Shown: one piece after another, positions 10,704 through 23,076 of the stretch
Layout of the letters: the number at the start of each line of letters is the position of its first letter
Position numbering within the stretch: the first letter of the stretch is position 1
Assembly (NCBI GenBank): GCA_965153285.1
Contig: OZ229115.1
Origin: Podarcis tiliguerta
Taxonomy: Eukaryota
Length of the DNA: 64,000 nt
Strand: one strand, 5' to 3'
Translations under genes and position numbers: made by a program
Notes under the pieces: generated by a model
Told to the model about the DNA's origin: nothing
Database searches by the model: none
The model's input: the letters and a program-made list of their open reading frames with translations, nothing else

Positions 10704-13506
10704 ATGTTTTATATAAATACTAGCTTTGGTGTGAAGAGATTAGTGGATTAGTCTACCAATCCTCAACTTATGACACGGCAGCCTTGTGTTTAAACCACTA
10801 GCCTAGAAGTAATGGGCAGTAAGAAACTGCATGTAGACAAGTGATCAGGCTGGTGAAGAAAGGATGGAGAGCTTCATCCCTCCCTCTGCACTGAGCACAG
10901 ATGCCAAGTGGACTGCCAGAGGAGGAAATCCCCTCTTTCGTGACTAGTACAGGCCTACTGCAAGAAGGGCAGAGCTTGCCTTCCCTCCTCTGCCAACCCC
11001 CAGCAGACTAATAAACTTTTCTCTCTTTTTTTTTTGCAAACTAATGATTTCTGTGGTCTCATTTATAAGGCTGCAATATAGCCATATTAAGCTGAATTGC
11101 TTGTGGCCTATTTGGGTGACTCCATAGATGTAGGCCTAATGTAAACATCACCCATGCAGTGGATCCTACGTCACATCAGCAAAATCTGAATGAAAGAATC
11201 ACTTGGGAACTAGCCATGTTAAGCCCCATGAGTCACCAGAGGGGTGCAGCATGGCTCTTCCCAAATGACCCACTCATCAGAAGAATCCCTGTCAACAGTA
11301 TGGCATGAGATCCAGAAAATGTGCTACACCTGGAGTAAGTTAAAAATATATATTTAAGTATTTTGCAGATTGATAGATTGGTGTTATTTATAACCCGACT
11401 CTAAAACAAATCTTCCAAAGCAAACTTGAGTTAAAAGAAATATACTATTAGCAACAAGACAATCAGGTAAAACACTAAAAATACACCGATCAGACAGCTG
11501 TACAGTCACAAGTTCACGTATACTGGAGTACTGTTTGCACGGGACTATGGAGTTGCAGTCCCTGGGAGCCTTCCCATGGAAGCTTGCCTGACGCCATCTT
11601 TGGGCTCTTTTCAACATCAGGAACTTATGTAGTGTGGACCCTTCAATTTTAAGCCTGTGTCTTCATTTGGAGTGTGTGTGCGTGTGTAGTGAGTTTTGAT
11701 TTTGTTATATTTTTTACTTTATGGTTTTATGTTGTATTTAAATTGTTGTTAGAGATTTTACTTATTTATTGTAACCCAGTCCAAGAAGTTTATTGTTATG
11801 TGGCAGCATACAGATGCCATAGGTAAATAAACCAAAGGAATAATTAAGGTGCAGTCCTACACTCATTTGCTTGGAAGGAGAACTCACTGAACCAAGTAGG
11901 ACTGTCCTCTGAGTAAACACGCAGAGTTAGGAAAAGTAAAGAGTGACAATTAAAAACATTTCTTGGTGCAGGAAGGACTAACGTATGGCTCTCTAGATGT
12001 TATTGGCCTCCAACTCCCTTCACTTCTGACCCCTGGCTATGCTGACTGGGGCTTATGGGAGTTGTAGTCCAACAACATCTGGAGAGCTGCAGAATAGCCA
12101 CCTTTGTTTCAATTGGAAATGACTGATAGTAAACTCCTATGCGTGTTTCTGATACATATAATAAACCATTTTCTCCCTTTCCTCTTTCCTTTTCCCTTTT
12201 CACATAACTATTTCAATTATCTTAAAACTCTGGTTAAGGATACAACATTTATACTAGGAATAATAATAATTCTGCTTCATAGACAGCTTTAGAAATTAAT
12301 TCCATCACTGAATTTTGGAAAACCTGAAACCTCAAGCTTTCAATGAAGAAATTTTGACACTAGAAACTTCCTAAATAGTTAATCTCAACACAGACATTTT
12401 CCCCCTTTTAATTTCCATTTCAGAAGGAAAAATAGCTTTAGGGTGGAACAGAATCATTTCAAGCTGGACTGCTCGCCTCCAAAAATGCTACTCCAACCAA
12501 GGAAGCAGATGCAAAATTACAGTCACAGCTGTATTCAGAGCACAACAAGGTGGGTAATGGAAAACTAAATTGCTAATTAAATTGCTAATGATTTTTGTTA
12601 GTGCCCCTGCTGTATTTTGTCACCTTTGTTTAAATACAAAAAGTATACAGAAGATTTTTAACACTGCCAAGTTTCCAATTTTGCTAAGTACCACTGAGAC
12701 CTCTGAAGACTACCATCTATAAAGAAACTGTTGGTATGTAGAAACAAAACAGGAGGCTCATTTTATTTACCAAACATTTAGGTATACATTTCCCCCCAAC
12801 CAATTTTGCCTCCTTAAAGGCTACCTGCCCAATGAACTCCTCTGCATTATTGTTCATAGCAACGCCCACAGTTGGTATTGGAAGATAATAAACTGGCATA
12901 TGTCGTGACATGATGGCACTGGAAAAACGGAATGGCCACATTTTATCAGAGAGAGAGATGGGGTGGGGGTGGGGGACAGCAACAGTACAATTTTATTTTT
13001 ATTGTGATAACTGTAGGGGAAATTTATTGCAGTGTTAGTACTTTATCGTTTCATTATGTTAGATTAGCTGAGAGAGGTAATTATATTCTCAACATAAAAA
13101 TGTCTTTAATGTTTTCATTTCAATTTTGCAGTTTATAATATGCAGATTACGGCATTATCATAATCCCATATTGTTATATGTACAGAGAGATGGCACTGCA
13201 TTTGCTTCACAAATTACGGAACTAATTTCTAATAAATGATTTCACAAAGGTCCCTAACTCATTTGAGAGAGGCGTGTACATAATAAAAAACAACCACTGC
13301 AGTCTCCTCGGTTATAGCCAATTGCTTCATGTAGGCAAAGTCCGAATATTATATAAGAATAGTTTTTCTCCCAAAGACGTCTGGCAGTCAATTCTTTTCC
13401 ATATTCAGGAATGCTTTACTGCAGATTGCCAAGTAATTTATGATAGTCTCACTGAACTGCTGATCATTTATGTATTTCCTAGAAAATAATTTAATCATAG
13501 TGTGCG

Positions 13507-13507
<1 letters not shown>

Positions 13508-13540
<33 letters not shown>
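13508..13540 (+). repeat. (CA)n microsatellite abutting the ITGB3BP exon 2 donor
   Basis: Seen directly. Confidence 0.95.
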
Positions 13541-13542
<2 letters not shown>

Positions 13543-13544
13543 AC

Positions 13545-13587
13545 TTTTCCCATGGCAAGGCTTTCCAACTTCAGAGCTTTCTTAGCA
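13545..13587 (-). CDS. ITGB3BP: ITGB3BP coding exon 2 (43 nt, (P)AKKALKLESLAMGK)
   Basis: ctttcttttctag acceptor and GTAAGT donor; similar to recalled human PVKRSLKLDGLLEEN; phase 2 to 0. Confidence 0.88.
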
Positions 13588-15607
13588 CTAGAAAAGAAAG
13601 GGGGGGAGCAAATTTTATCATATTTCAAAAGCAAAGTTTATATTGTTAACTTTATCAGTGATTATCAGACCACATATAGCATTTTTTACACTAGTAAAAC
13701 TAACCTCATACATGGCATATAGTTTTTGAATACGCTTTGAAAATTTGATCCTATCCTGACTGCCCCCCCAACCTGTCCACTATCCCAATGTCACACTACC
13801 AAAAAAATAACAACAAAAAACAATTGCTTTTTATATAAAACTGATAAAGAATGAGATTATACGGACGTGCATAACAACTTACCTTCTGTGTAGGTGTTGC
13901 AATTATTTTGCTGTTCACAGAAATAATGTACTAGGCATTTAACCACCAGTACATTCAAGGTGAAAAAAGTAGTTCTTCTCATCATTTTAGCTCTTAACAT
14001 GATTCAATGCTACTAGACTTTGACTTAACTAGGGAACAGATGCTCTATGTCTTTACAGGTCCCTAAACCATACGAAACTATTTTCTCGTGTTCTTCACTA
14101 TACTGATTCAGGAACACGCCAAGCTTTCTCTGTAAAATCTGTTCTGCTGAACTGGATGCCCAGCTGTTAATGGCAACACTAGGAATGGAAAGCTGAATAT
14201 TTATAATACTTTACATCGTACAGCTGTCTTCTAAAGAGCAGTCATCAAAATTTTATTGAATGCAGACTAAATACTCAAAGGAAGGAAAGGTCAACATAAA
14301 TTAAGACTATTTTTTCCCAGAGACAACTCCAACTTTTAAAGTACATTCTTAAATCTTAAACAACAGTTAAAGGCCTTTTTATATAAAGCAACTAAAAACC
14401 CTTAAAATCATCCAATAAAAGCTTCAGAAGATTATTTTAGATTAAACAAGGTTTGCAGAAACATTTCATTTCAGAATAGAAAGGCGCAGGCACCATATTA
14501 GGAATAGGGCATTTTGATTTAGTAACCAAGATCTCAATGCTAAAAATGCTCATAAGGTTTAACAAAGCCCAGATTCTGCAAGCATAAATGGCTTGGCATT
14601 CCAGCAGGGCCACAGTCTGAAATGATTTCACTCAAAGCATTTTTGTAACCTTGTCATTCTTCAAGGTGAACCATAGAAAGAAAGTTTAAAAGCATATTTG
14701 AAACATGACTGTACTATGCTAGTTCCAGTTTAACATCTTATGTTGAAAATAGATCACTGAAAAACATTTTTGTCTTAAAAAGCAGACTAACTATACTGTG
14801 CAAGATTTACATTTTTTTATATTAAAAAGCCATCCACATTCTTGCCAAGGGACAGTCAAAGCTGAAACAGTTTGACAAAAATTCTTAACATCATGTTTCT
14901 TTTTAAATATAGTGCCTCATATTGCTTAAGGAATGTAGACTCCATTACATCTTCCACCCCAGTGGCAGCAGAGAAACATTTTATACGCTAATACATTCAC
15001 TCTGCAAAGGTGCTCTAGGGGACCATGTATTTGCATGCTATACTAAGGCATGCTATGATGGAAGTTTTTATGACGGACTTCAGAGGAAGCTGGAAGCCAA
15101 AGTACAGCTGAATCTGGACTCAAGGTAGCTTTATGATTAGGATAAATGAAAAACTACATGAAAATCACATTAAATTATAGCAACCTGGAAAAAAAAGACT
15201 TGACAAAAAAAAGTGGCAGAATGGTCAAGCACTATGCTATTTAAAATCTTCCAGTGACTTTGGCTGGTAGTAGTTATAGGCCTGGTTTGGACGTCACACA
15301 ATGCATGGGCTCCTGGAGAGGAGATTACAGCCATTTTACTGCCGTGCCATGCTGGGCTAAACTATGGTTTGGTTTAGCATGTGAAATCATGGTTTAGTTC
15401 TCTGCAGATTAACCATGAGCTATAATCAAATTTTGTCCTGTGGTTTATAGCTTAGGGTTTGTCTGGGAAAGCTGAACCACAAGCTTGGGTTGGACAACCT
15501 GCAAGTAAAACAGTGACTTTGCACAGCAGCTAAACAATGGGGTGTGGGGGTGGGCAAAACAGCAGGAACTCAGCAAAAAGGATGGGGACAAAACTAGAAT
15601 TAGGACA

Positions 15608-15781
15608 GGGTTTCCGTGCACTGCTCTGGTTCGCCAAAAGCGGCTTAGTCATGCTGGCCACATGACCCCGAAGCTGTACGCCGGCTCCCTCAGCCAATAA
15701 AGCGAGATGAGCGCTACAACCCCAGAGTCGGTCACGACTGGACCTAATGGTCACGGGTCCCTTTACCTTTACCTTTTACCT
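15608..15781 (+). mobile_element. Sauria SINE 3' half
   Basis: gtttccgtgc...ggccacatgacccc...gagatgagcgc and (ACCTTT)n tail. Confidence 0.85.
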
Positions 15782-16264
15782 GCCATTAGCTCTCGCTCCA
15801 CCTACTGGTGGCCTCCTTGCCTTCCACACTACAAGTCCAAACAGGCACCAACTACCACTGTGCCCAACATAAATGCTTGCCACCCCAATGCACTAACAGT
15901 AACAGAGGCAGGTAGGAGCACTAGTGCCAATTTAAAGGGCAGGAAATTCATTCAAGGTTCCACTATGAAAAACGTCGCATTAGAAGAATTTGTTTATTTC
16001 ACATCACTGTTTATGTCTCATAGGATATCAGTATCAGAAAATAAATTATATTTAAGATGGGCTAGCCTGTCATTCAAACTAGACTGCCACAGTTGAACAA
16101 AGGAAATGCATGAAAATGTGAATTCTAGTTATCATTGACTCTGGGTTGGATAGAGACTAACAATGCAGTCCTATGCATATCTAGGCATGAATCAGTCCTA
16201 TTGAGTTCAATGAGATGTATTCCCAAGTAAACACAGTATATGTATAGGACTGCATACAAAGTTA

Positions 16265-16506
16265 CAGTGGTACCTCAGGTTAAGTACTTAATTTGTTCTG
16301 GAGGCCTGTACTTAACCTGAAACTGTTCTTAACCTGAAGCACCACTTTAGCTAATGGGGCCTCCTGCTGCCGCTGCGCCACCGGAGCATGATTTCTGTTC
16401 TCATCCTGAAGCAAAGTTCTTAACCTGAAGCACTATTTCTGGGTTAGCGGAGTCTGTAACCTGAAGCGTATATAACCTGAAGCGTATGTAACCCAAGGTA
16501 CCACTG
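16265..16506. mobile_element. Tc1/mariner (pogo/Tigger-like) MITE, 242 bp
   Basis: TIRs cagtggtacctcaggtta / taacccaaggtaccactg; TA duplication on both sides; repeated internal taacctgaa motifs. Confidence 0.88.
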
Positions 16507-17593
16507 TAGTTTAACTTAGGAGTCCAGGAAGAGCAACAGCTAAATGCTTCTGTTTACTAGTTCCATGGAACGGTATGGCGGATGGACCCTTTGGGGAAAT
16601 GTCTTCGTCCTTCCATCCCATCTATCTATTCATAAGTTATCGTTGGTTATGCTCACTATTTGTCAATGTACTTAAAGGAGGTAACTAATGAGTGGCAGAG
16701 CAATCCTAAGTGGGCTCAAAGAAGAGTGGGGTGCAATATCCACCACTGGATCCTAAGTCCTGCCACCTCAGCACACACCAACCAGGGACAAAGGTGGAGG
16801 GCATTTTTTCCCTTTCTCGATATGCTAGTTGCAGGCTCAAGTAGCTGAGGGACCCAGTTCCACGGGGCTTTGGATTTGGTGCTTGCCCTTGTAATGCCTC
16901 ATTTTGAGGCTTAACACTATCCACCTGCCTGGGTGCAACTGGGGTCTCCACCATGGCAGAGATCATCTGCACTGGCAGCACTCCTCTCTGCTGGTAGAGG
17001 CCAGCAGAGAGACACCAAGCCATGATCATAACTCCTTCCAGCCATCAGCATCAGGGGATTGGTTAGGAATGTGCTCTGCGATAGCTTATTCATTACTCAC
17101 AGCAACACTAGTTGTCTTCCATATACTTATCAGAACTTCCATAACCATGATATGCTACTTTAGATTTGGGATTGAACTATTGTAGTACTTGAGGAGAAGC
17201 CAGGCCCATTATTCTTCTCTCCAAAACTATTTTTAATGACAAAGGAAACCAACAAACCCCACCCCACTTTGGAGATAGTCAGCAGTGTTCTGAGAAGCCT
17301 ACGCTATACCCTGAAGAGGTTATGACCAACTCTTCTATCAGCAGTCATCTCCATGATTGTACTCAAAGACAGCATGCCTTAAACGTCTATTGACCCCTCC
17401 ATATGCACTACCCCACCAATTCCTATCATCTTAAGGTGGTCTGCTTCAGAGGAACATACGCAGCTGCCTTATTCTGATTCATTGGAGACAATGGAAGGGC
17501 AGATAATGAAGGTATACAATGCCATCCCAGCCCCCAGTTAGGATGTAGCCCACCTCACACAAGATATGCACGAGTGTATCTGCCCAGTTAGAA

Positions 17594-17748
17594 ACATAGA
17601 ATTGTAGAGTTGGAAGGGACGCTCAGGGTCATCTAGTCCAGCCCCCTGCAATGCAGGAATCCTGCCCACAGCTGTCCCTGGGTGGGCCTGAACCACCAAA
17701 CTTCTGGTTAACAGCCAGATGCACTGACCCATTGCGCCAAAGGCTCCC
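17594..17748 (-). mobile_element. SINE with tRNA head and CR1-like tail (related copies near 25735, 29940, 39485, 52270)
   Basis: Minus strand ggcgcaatgggtcagtgc...ggtggttc head; tail ggactagatgaccc...cccttccaactctacaattctatg. Confidence 0.75.
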
Positions 17749-18551
17749 TGAATTGTTCAGTCTGGCTATAAGCTTGTCAGAACATGGACTTTTCTTTCTA
17801 GCTCTATATAGAACGCCTGGTGCTACATGTATCGATAATAAACAAACAAGAGAGCAGGGGCGCTGCATCCTGTTTCACCACTTGAGGAGAAATGGGAAGT
17901 GATGCCTTGCCCTGCCACTGCTGCCACTCCCACACCACCTACCTGCTCCTGCCATCACCACCCGTTCTGCTGTGAGCTTTGTCACATCTGTCACTGATAG
18001 AGAAGTGGCACCACCATCGGCACCGACTCTGGGCAAGATCTTGCCAATTTGGGGCGAGATGGACATGATCTTGCCCCCAATCGGCACCAATGGTGTGTGT
18101 TCTGCCACCTGAGGCAGTGGCTTCACCCTGCCTAATGACAGGGCTGGCTCTGGCATCTGCCATCCCTGTTTCTTCCTAAGGTTCCCTTCCATGGGTCCTT
18201 TTTATTGAGCATTCACAATGAGATGGCAGTTTGTGGGGGCAGCAGTCACACCGCTTCATTCCCAACCCGAGCGTATCCCGCCGTAAACAACCAGCAGCTG
18301 AAATAGAACAGCTTTTCACACCACAACGGTTCCTGCTTATATTTCTGTCCTGCTTTTGATGTGCTCAGAGACATCAACAGGGATATATATTATGGTAGCC
18401 TAATTGGAGAAGCACCACAAAAGAAACCGAAGCACTACTAAGGTACTCCCATTGCGTCGAGAACTTGTTGTAGTAGTAGACAAAGACCCGTGCAAGGAAG
18501 CCCTCAGCCCTTGAATAATAAAATAATAAAAATATATTATTTATACCCCGC

Positions 18552-18641
18552 CATAGCTGTCAACTTTTCCCTTTTCTTGCAAGGAATCCTATTTGGAATA
18601 AGGGAATTTCCCTTAAAAAAAGGAAAACGTTGACAGCTATG
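18552..18641. mobile_element. 90-bp hAT-type MITE nested in a minus-strand L2 3' end
   Basis: Perfect 13-bp TIRs catagctgtcaac / gttgacagctatg; TSD taccccgc / taccccgt. Confidence 0.85.
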
Positions 18642-18898
18642 TACCCCGTCCACTCTGGGCAGCTCCCAACAGAATAATAATAATAATAATAATAATAAGC
18701 GGCAAAACATCAAACATTTAAAACTTCCCTAAACAGGTATACAAAAAACCTGCATAGGGCTAAACTCTGGTTCTCTCCAGTTGAAATGAAATGCACATAA
18801 GAAAGGGAAGGGGGGTGTTGGGGGGGGATGAAATGCCCCGTGGGCCCCCCAGGTCCTGCCCATCTATCCAGCTACCCCTTACCCTGCCCGCGACTCAC

Positions 18899-18903
18899 GG
18901 CAT
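18899..18903 (-). CDS. ITGB3BP: ITGB3BP/CENP-R coding exon 1 (ATG CC, 5 coding nt)
   Basis: Minus strand reads gccggacATG CC|GTGAGT (strong donor) inside a CpG-rich region. Phase 2 joins exon 2 to give MPAKKALKL, matching the recalled human start MPVKRSLKL. Confidence 0.85.
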
Positions 18904-19069
18904 GTCCGGCGCCCGACGCGCTTCTTCGCCTTCCCAGCCCTCGAAACTGAGATTCCCGCCGTGCAGCTCTCAAAGCGCTCCGGGTAGAAACACAGCCAGT
19001 CTGCGGGGAAGAAGAAGGCGGGCCCTGGAAGCTCCGGTTCTCGGCCCGGCCTGGCAAAGGCAGACGCGG

Positions 19070-19082
19070 GTTACTAGGCGAC
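19070..19082. promoter_or_regulatory. RFX X-box (GTTACTAGGCGAC; reverse complement GTCGCC-T-AGTAAC)
   Basis: Matches GTNRCC-N0-3-RGYAAC; sits in the promoter of a ciliary gene. Confidence 0.65.
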
Positions 19083-19982
19083 GGCGACAAAGAAGGCAGG
19101 GCCGCAAAAAAAACGCCCAAGGCCAGGTCGGACTTTCTTCTCATTTGCTTCTCGTCTCATCGTCCTTTATATTCTCTATCTCTCCGCGCCCCCCTCACAA
19201 CCTCCGCCCCTCTCATTATCACCACTGTTATAACGGCTGTTCTCACAAGCGTCTCAAGAACTTGCAAAAGCGAAGTGGCTTCAAGTCACGGAATTCGGAT
19301 TTAAGATCCGGGTTGGTCCAAATAAAGAGGCGGCGTCGTTCTGTTCCTTTCTGAATCGTGTCACGGTCGAGTAGTTTGCCGCTTTTGGGGGGGGGGGTAA
19401 ACTGGGAGTGCGTGCATTTTCTTATGTTCTCAGGTAAAATGTTTTTTGGGGGGTTGCTGGGAAGCTATTCCTCAGAGGTGAGGAAAAGGCTTTTTCTGCT
19501 GGTGCCTAGATGCACTTATGCAGATCACAGCCCAAGCCCTGACTTCGACATTGGGTTTTGGAGCTCCATCTGGCAAAGTTTAAAGACCTGTTGTTGTTGT
19601 TGCTGCTGTTATCAGGGCTTTTCCCCCCAAAGGGAACTCACAGGAACTCAGTTCCGGTGCCTCTCAGGTGAGCGCCATTGCTATCCTAAGAGAAGAAGAA
19701 GGGAAGTGTTCCTGGTGAGCTCCTGCACCTCTTTTTCTATTAAAAAAATTAGCACTGGTGGTAATTAATTAATTACATTTATGTACCGCCCCTCATCACA
19801 AGATATTAGGGTGCTTCACATTATCCCCCCCAAAAAGTACCATAAAATGTTGTGACATCTTTTATTATGGTAGGAGCTGGTTCACTGGGGTTTGGTTACA
19901 GGTTTTGATTAGGCGTGTTTACTTCCTGTGCATGGCAAGGAAACTGTAGAGAAGTGGTAACTAGATGTGCCTTACTCTAGGG

Positions 19983-20198
19983 CAGGGATGTCCAACTCCC
20001 AAATGACTGTGATCTACTCACTGTATAAAAACACTGGCAGTGATCTACCCATTGTCGTTGGATGGACCATAGTTCTTGAGCTTTTTTAGGAAGCCTGAGT
20101 TGTTGAGGGTTTTTTTTTGGGGGGGGAGATCACTGAGGGGCCACAGATCTACCAGGAACACCCCACGATCTACCAGATCTACCTGTTGGACATGCCTG
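19983..20198. mobile_element. hAT-type MITE, 216 bp
   Basis: TIRs cagggatgtccaac / gttggacatgcctg; perfect 8-bp TSD ctctaggg; repeated subterminal gatctac motifs. Confidence 0.88.
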
Positions 20199-22737
20199 CT
20201 CTAGGGTTACAGTTTGCTTACAATCCTTGAATCAGATGATTCAGTGTTTCATCCTTCCAAACCACACATTACTTGTCAACTGCGCGCACTGATTTAGGGG
20301 CTGGTCTGCATGGTAGAATAAGGAATTGTCTGTGCAGTTGACAGTGTCTCGTCTGATTTAAGCCCTGTTCCCTGTCTTTCCCACCCCTGGTTTCCTGAGT
20401 GTTGACTTCCTGTGTACATGAAACTCATGCAGTCATGCATGTATAACTTGTACACTGGAGGCTGGAGGTAAGGATAGAAGGCTTAATCCCACTTCCACCT
20501 TAGTTGCATTAAGTCTACACAGATTTTTAACATCTCCACAGAGAATTTTGACTGCAGTTGTGTGCTTGCTTGCTTGCATGCTTACTTATCTGGGAATAAA
20601 TCACATAGAATTATGGGGCTTACTTATGAGTAAACATGGATTGGTCTTTAAGGGCCTTTTGAAAGAATGTGGCTTCACGTGGGTGTAGCCAAGGTGGGGG
20701 ACCTCTGCCCCCCAAATCAATAAAAATACATAGCCAACTGAGCCCCCCCAACAAAAGGCCTGCACCACAAACAAAAGCCCTGCCCCCTAACAATATCCTG
20801 GCTTCGCCCATGGCTTTTGCAGAGGGAGTGTACTGCTGAGAATAATCCAAACACTGTTTCTCTTCAGGACTTCTGTAATATAGTATCACACAAATGAGTT
20901 GTGTTAGCAGGGAAAACTTCTTCCTTCAGTAAGTGTTGGGAGAGTTCTTAGGCAGCCAGTTTTCCAAGCAAATTTTGGCAGCATTTACCCATAAAATTTA
21001 ATGTATTAAAATTAGGATACAGCCATTATGCCTATTGCCTTGTTCTTCTGTTGATCACATCACCCAGTCTTCTCCTCTGTGTGCACTGAGGGCTAATTAG
21101 CGTCTTGCTCCTGGTCATCGATTTTGACTTTGGAGTCTAGGAAATGGTCATTCAGAGTGAATATTTTTGCAGTATACTTTAATCCCAAGTATTTTAATTG
21201 AACTTATTTACAAATATACCGGTAAGCATTTATGGAATGTTTACTCTGTTTGGAAGCAGGCACTTAGTAAGCAGTGTTTGAGAAAAGGGCATAGTATGTG
21301 GAAGGTGTTGTTCAGTGTAAAAAAACATTGCCTGATACTGTAATGCCACAAGTGTGGACAGGTGTGGGGACTGGCAAAGTCTTCCTTTGTTGGAACTGGA
21401 CGTGCTGCATCTAGTACATTCAGGTCCCAGGAAGAATACCATTTGGACATGTTCTAACTCCCAAGTACATTCAATTTAAATTGAGGCTGGCTTCTGGAAG
21501 TGTATGGTGTGTTCCAGTCTGCCTGCATTGGCACAGAAGTACAATTGGAAAGGGCAGTTATTTTAAATAAATAACGGGGGGAAATGTAGGTGTGAGATTT
21601 TAATGCCATCTATTCTATGCTGAAATAACAGAAATTAGAATTTGAAAATTCAGTCAGATTGTCTACAGCCACCAACAGTAGATGCTACAAAATTGTTCCC
21701 TAGTCTATATTTCTGTAGTGCACTATCAGTGAAGTTTATATTTTAATAACCTTAGCAAGAGAGCTTCCCTCTACTAAATAACTCTTGCATGCTGTACGTT
21801 GAGTAACATATTGGAAACATCTCTGTGCTGCACAGCTGCCCAAATAAGAAATGGCTAAGTAATGAGAGAACTGAGGAGCATAAACAAGTGTTCATATTTG
21901 ATAAAACTGGTTACTGGAAAATTAACATTTATTCTCTTTTCCCTCATTGGCTAGAACTCGCTTTCCTTTGTGTGTGCTAACACTGGTGCTTAATTATTAT
22001 AGTGACACCCGTTTGCAGTAACTGGACTGTGTCCCTGTTGGGTCCTTCTTATGCCACTGTAATATGAAACTGTCAGGCAAGGCGGTCTGTGCATTATAAA
22101 TAGGGTACTTCATCCATGATAAGCGATTATTATCTTTCTTTCCCAAGTGTAAAAGGCCTATATAACTCAAGAAGGTGCGAGTGATTTAGGCCTCCTGAGT
22201 AAGGCTCCAATGAGTCCTGAAGGGGACCCTACCTATGTTGTTGTCTTGTTATTGAACTTGAAATATTCAATTTATTATAGTGGAATATATTTTCAGAAGT
22301 CAGCACTGGATAAAATAATGTTGCAGGCTGTTAGACCAACAGTAGCACACGATTTAATGCCCCTCTGTGATGGCCTTCTAAAAACCCTCATCACCTTTGT
22401 TATAGAAGAAAATTACTATTGACATTTACTAACCATACGTGAGGAAAGGCTGTGCAGAATTATATCAATTATTTAAAAAGAAAATGCATTTATGTGGTCC
22501 TTTTATTCTATACAATTTTCTTCTGTTGCGCTACTAGGTTCTTCATCCAGGCAGCTACTGCATGTGATGGGCTGCCCAATTCACAAACCCATTAAGTTAG
22601 AACACTTGCATTTAAATCCACTTGGCCCTTTTGAAATAAACTGCCCCAAAGATGATCAGACTGCCACCCTCATGCCTATATCCCATTTATTTGGAAGAAA
22701 GTAATATTATTAATTTCAGTGGACATTATTTTCATAT

Positions 22738-23076
22738 AAAGGTAAAGGTACCCCTGCCCTTACGGGCCAGTCTTGACAGACTCTAGGGTTGTGCGCCCAT
22801 CTCACTCAAAGAGGCCGGGGGCCAGCGCTGTCCGAAGACACTTCCGGGTCACGTGGCCAGCGTGACATCGCTGCTCTGGCGAGCCAGAGCCGCACACGGA
22901 ACGCCGTTTACCTTCCCGCTAGTAAGCGGTCCCTATTTATCTACTTGCACCCAGGGGTGCTTTTGAACTGCTAGGTTGGCAGGCGCTGGGACCGAAGAGC
23001 GGGAGTGCACCCCACCACGGGGATTCGAACCACCGACCTTTCGATCGGCAAGCCCTAGGCACTGAGGCTTTAACCC
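22738..23076 (-). mobile_element. Sauria SINE (different, CpG-retaining subfamily)
   Basis: aaaggtaaaggt tail at left; ctatttatctacttgcac...gaactgctaggttggca body; B box ggattcgaacc. Confidence 0.88.

Larger units (their letters stand above)
18840..19440. promoter_or_regulatory. CpG-rich bidirectional promoter of ITGB3BP (-) and EFCAB7 (+)
   Basis: Abrupt local rise in GC and CpG; ITGB3BP ATG at 18903; the first EFCAB7 coding exon begins 1 nt before its ATG behind an AG acceptor, so a non-coding first exon must lie upstream (candidate donor CAG|GTAAAA at 19434). Confidence 0.8.

Noticed and set aside
16265-16506. CRISPR-like spaced repeats (taacctgaa units)
   Set aside because: Eukaryotic DNA; the units are irregular subterminal repeats inside a TA-flanked MITE.
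18791-19768. Long ORFs (187, 136, 90 aa) in the CpG-rich promoter
   Set aside because: Low-complexity Arg/Pro/Ser translations expected from stop-poor GC-rich DNA; no recognisable domains.
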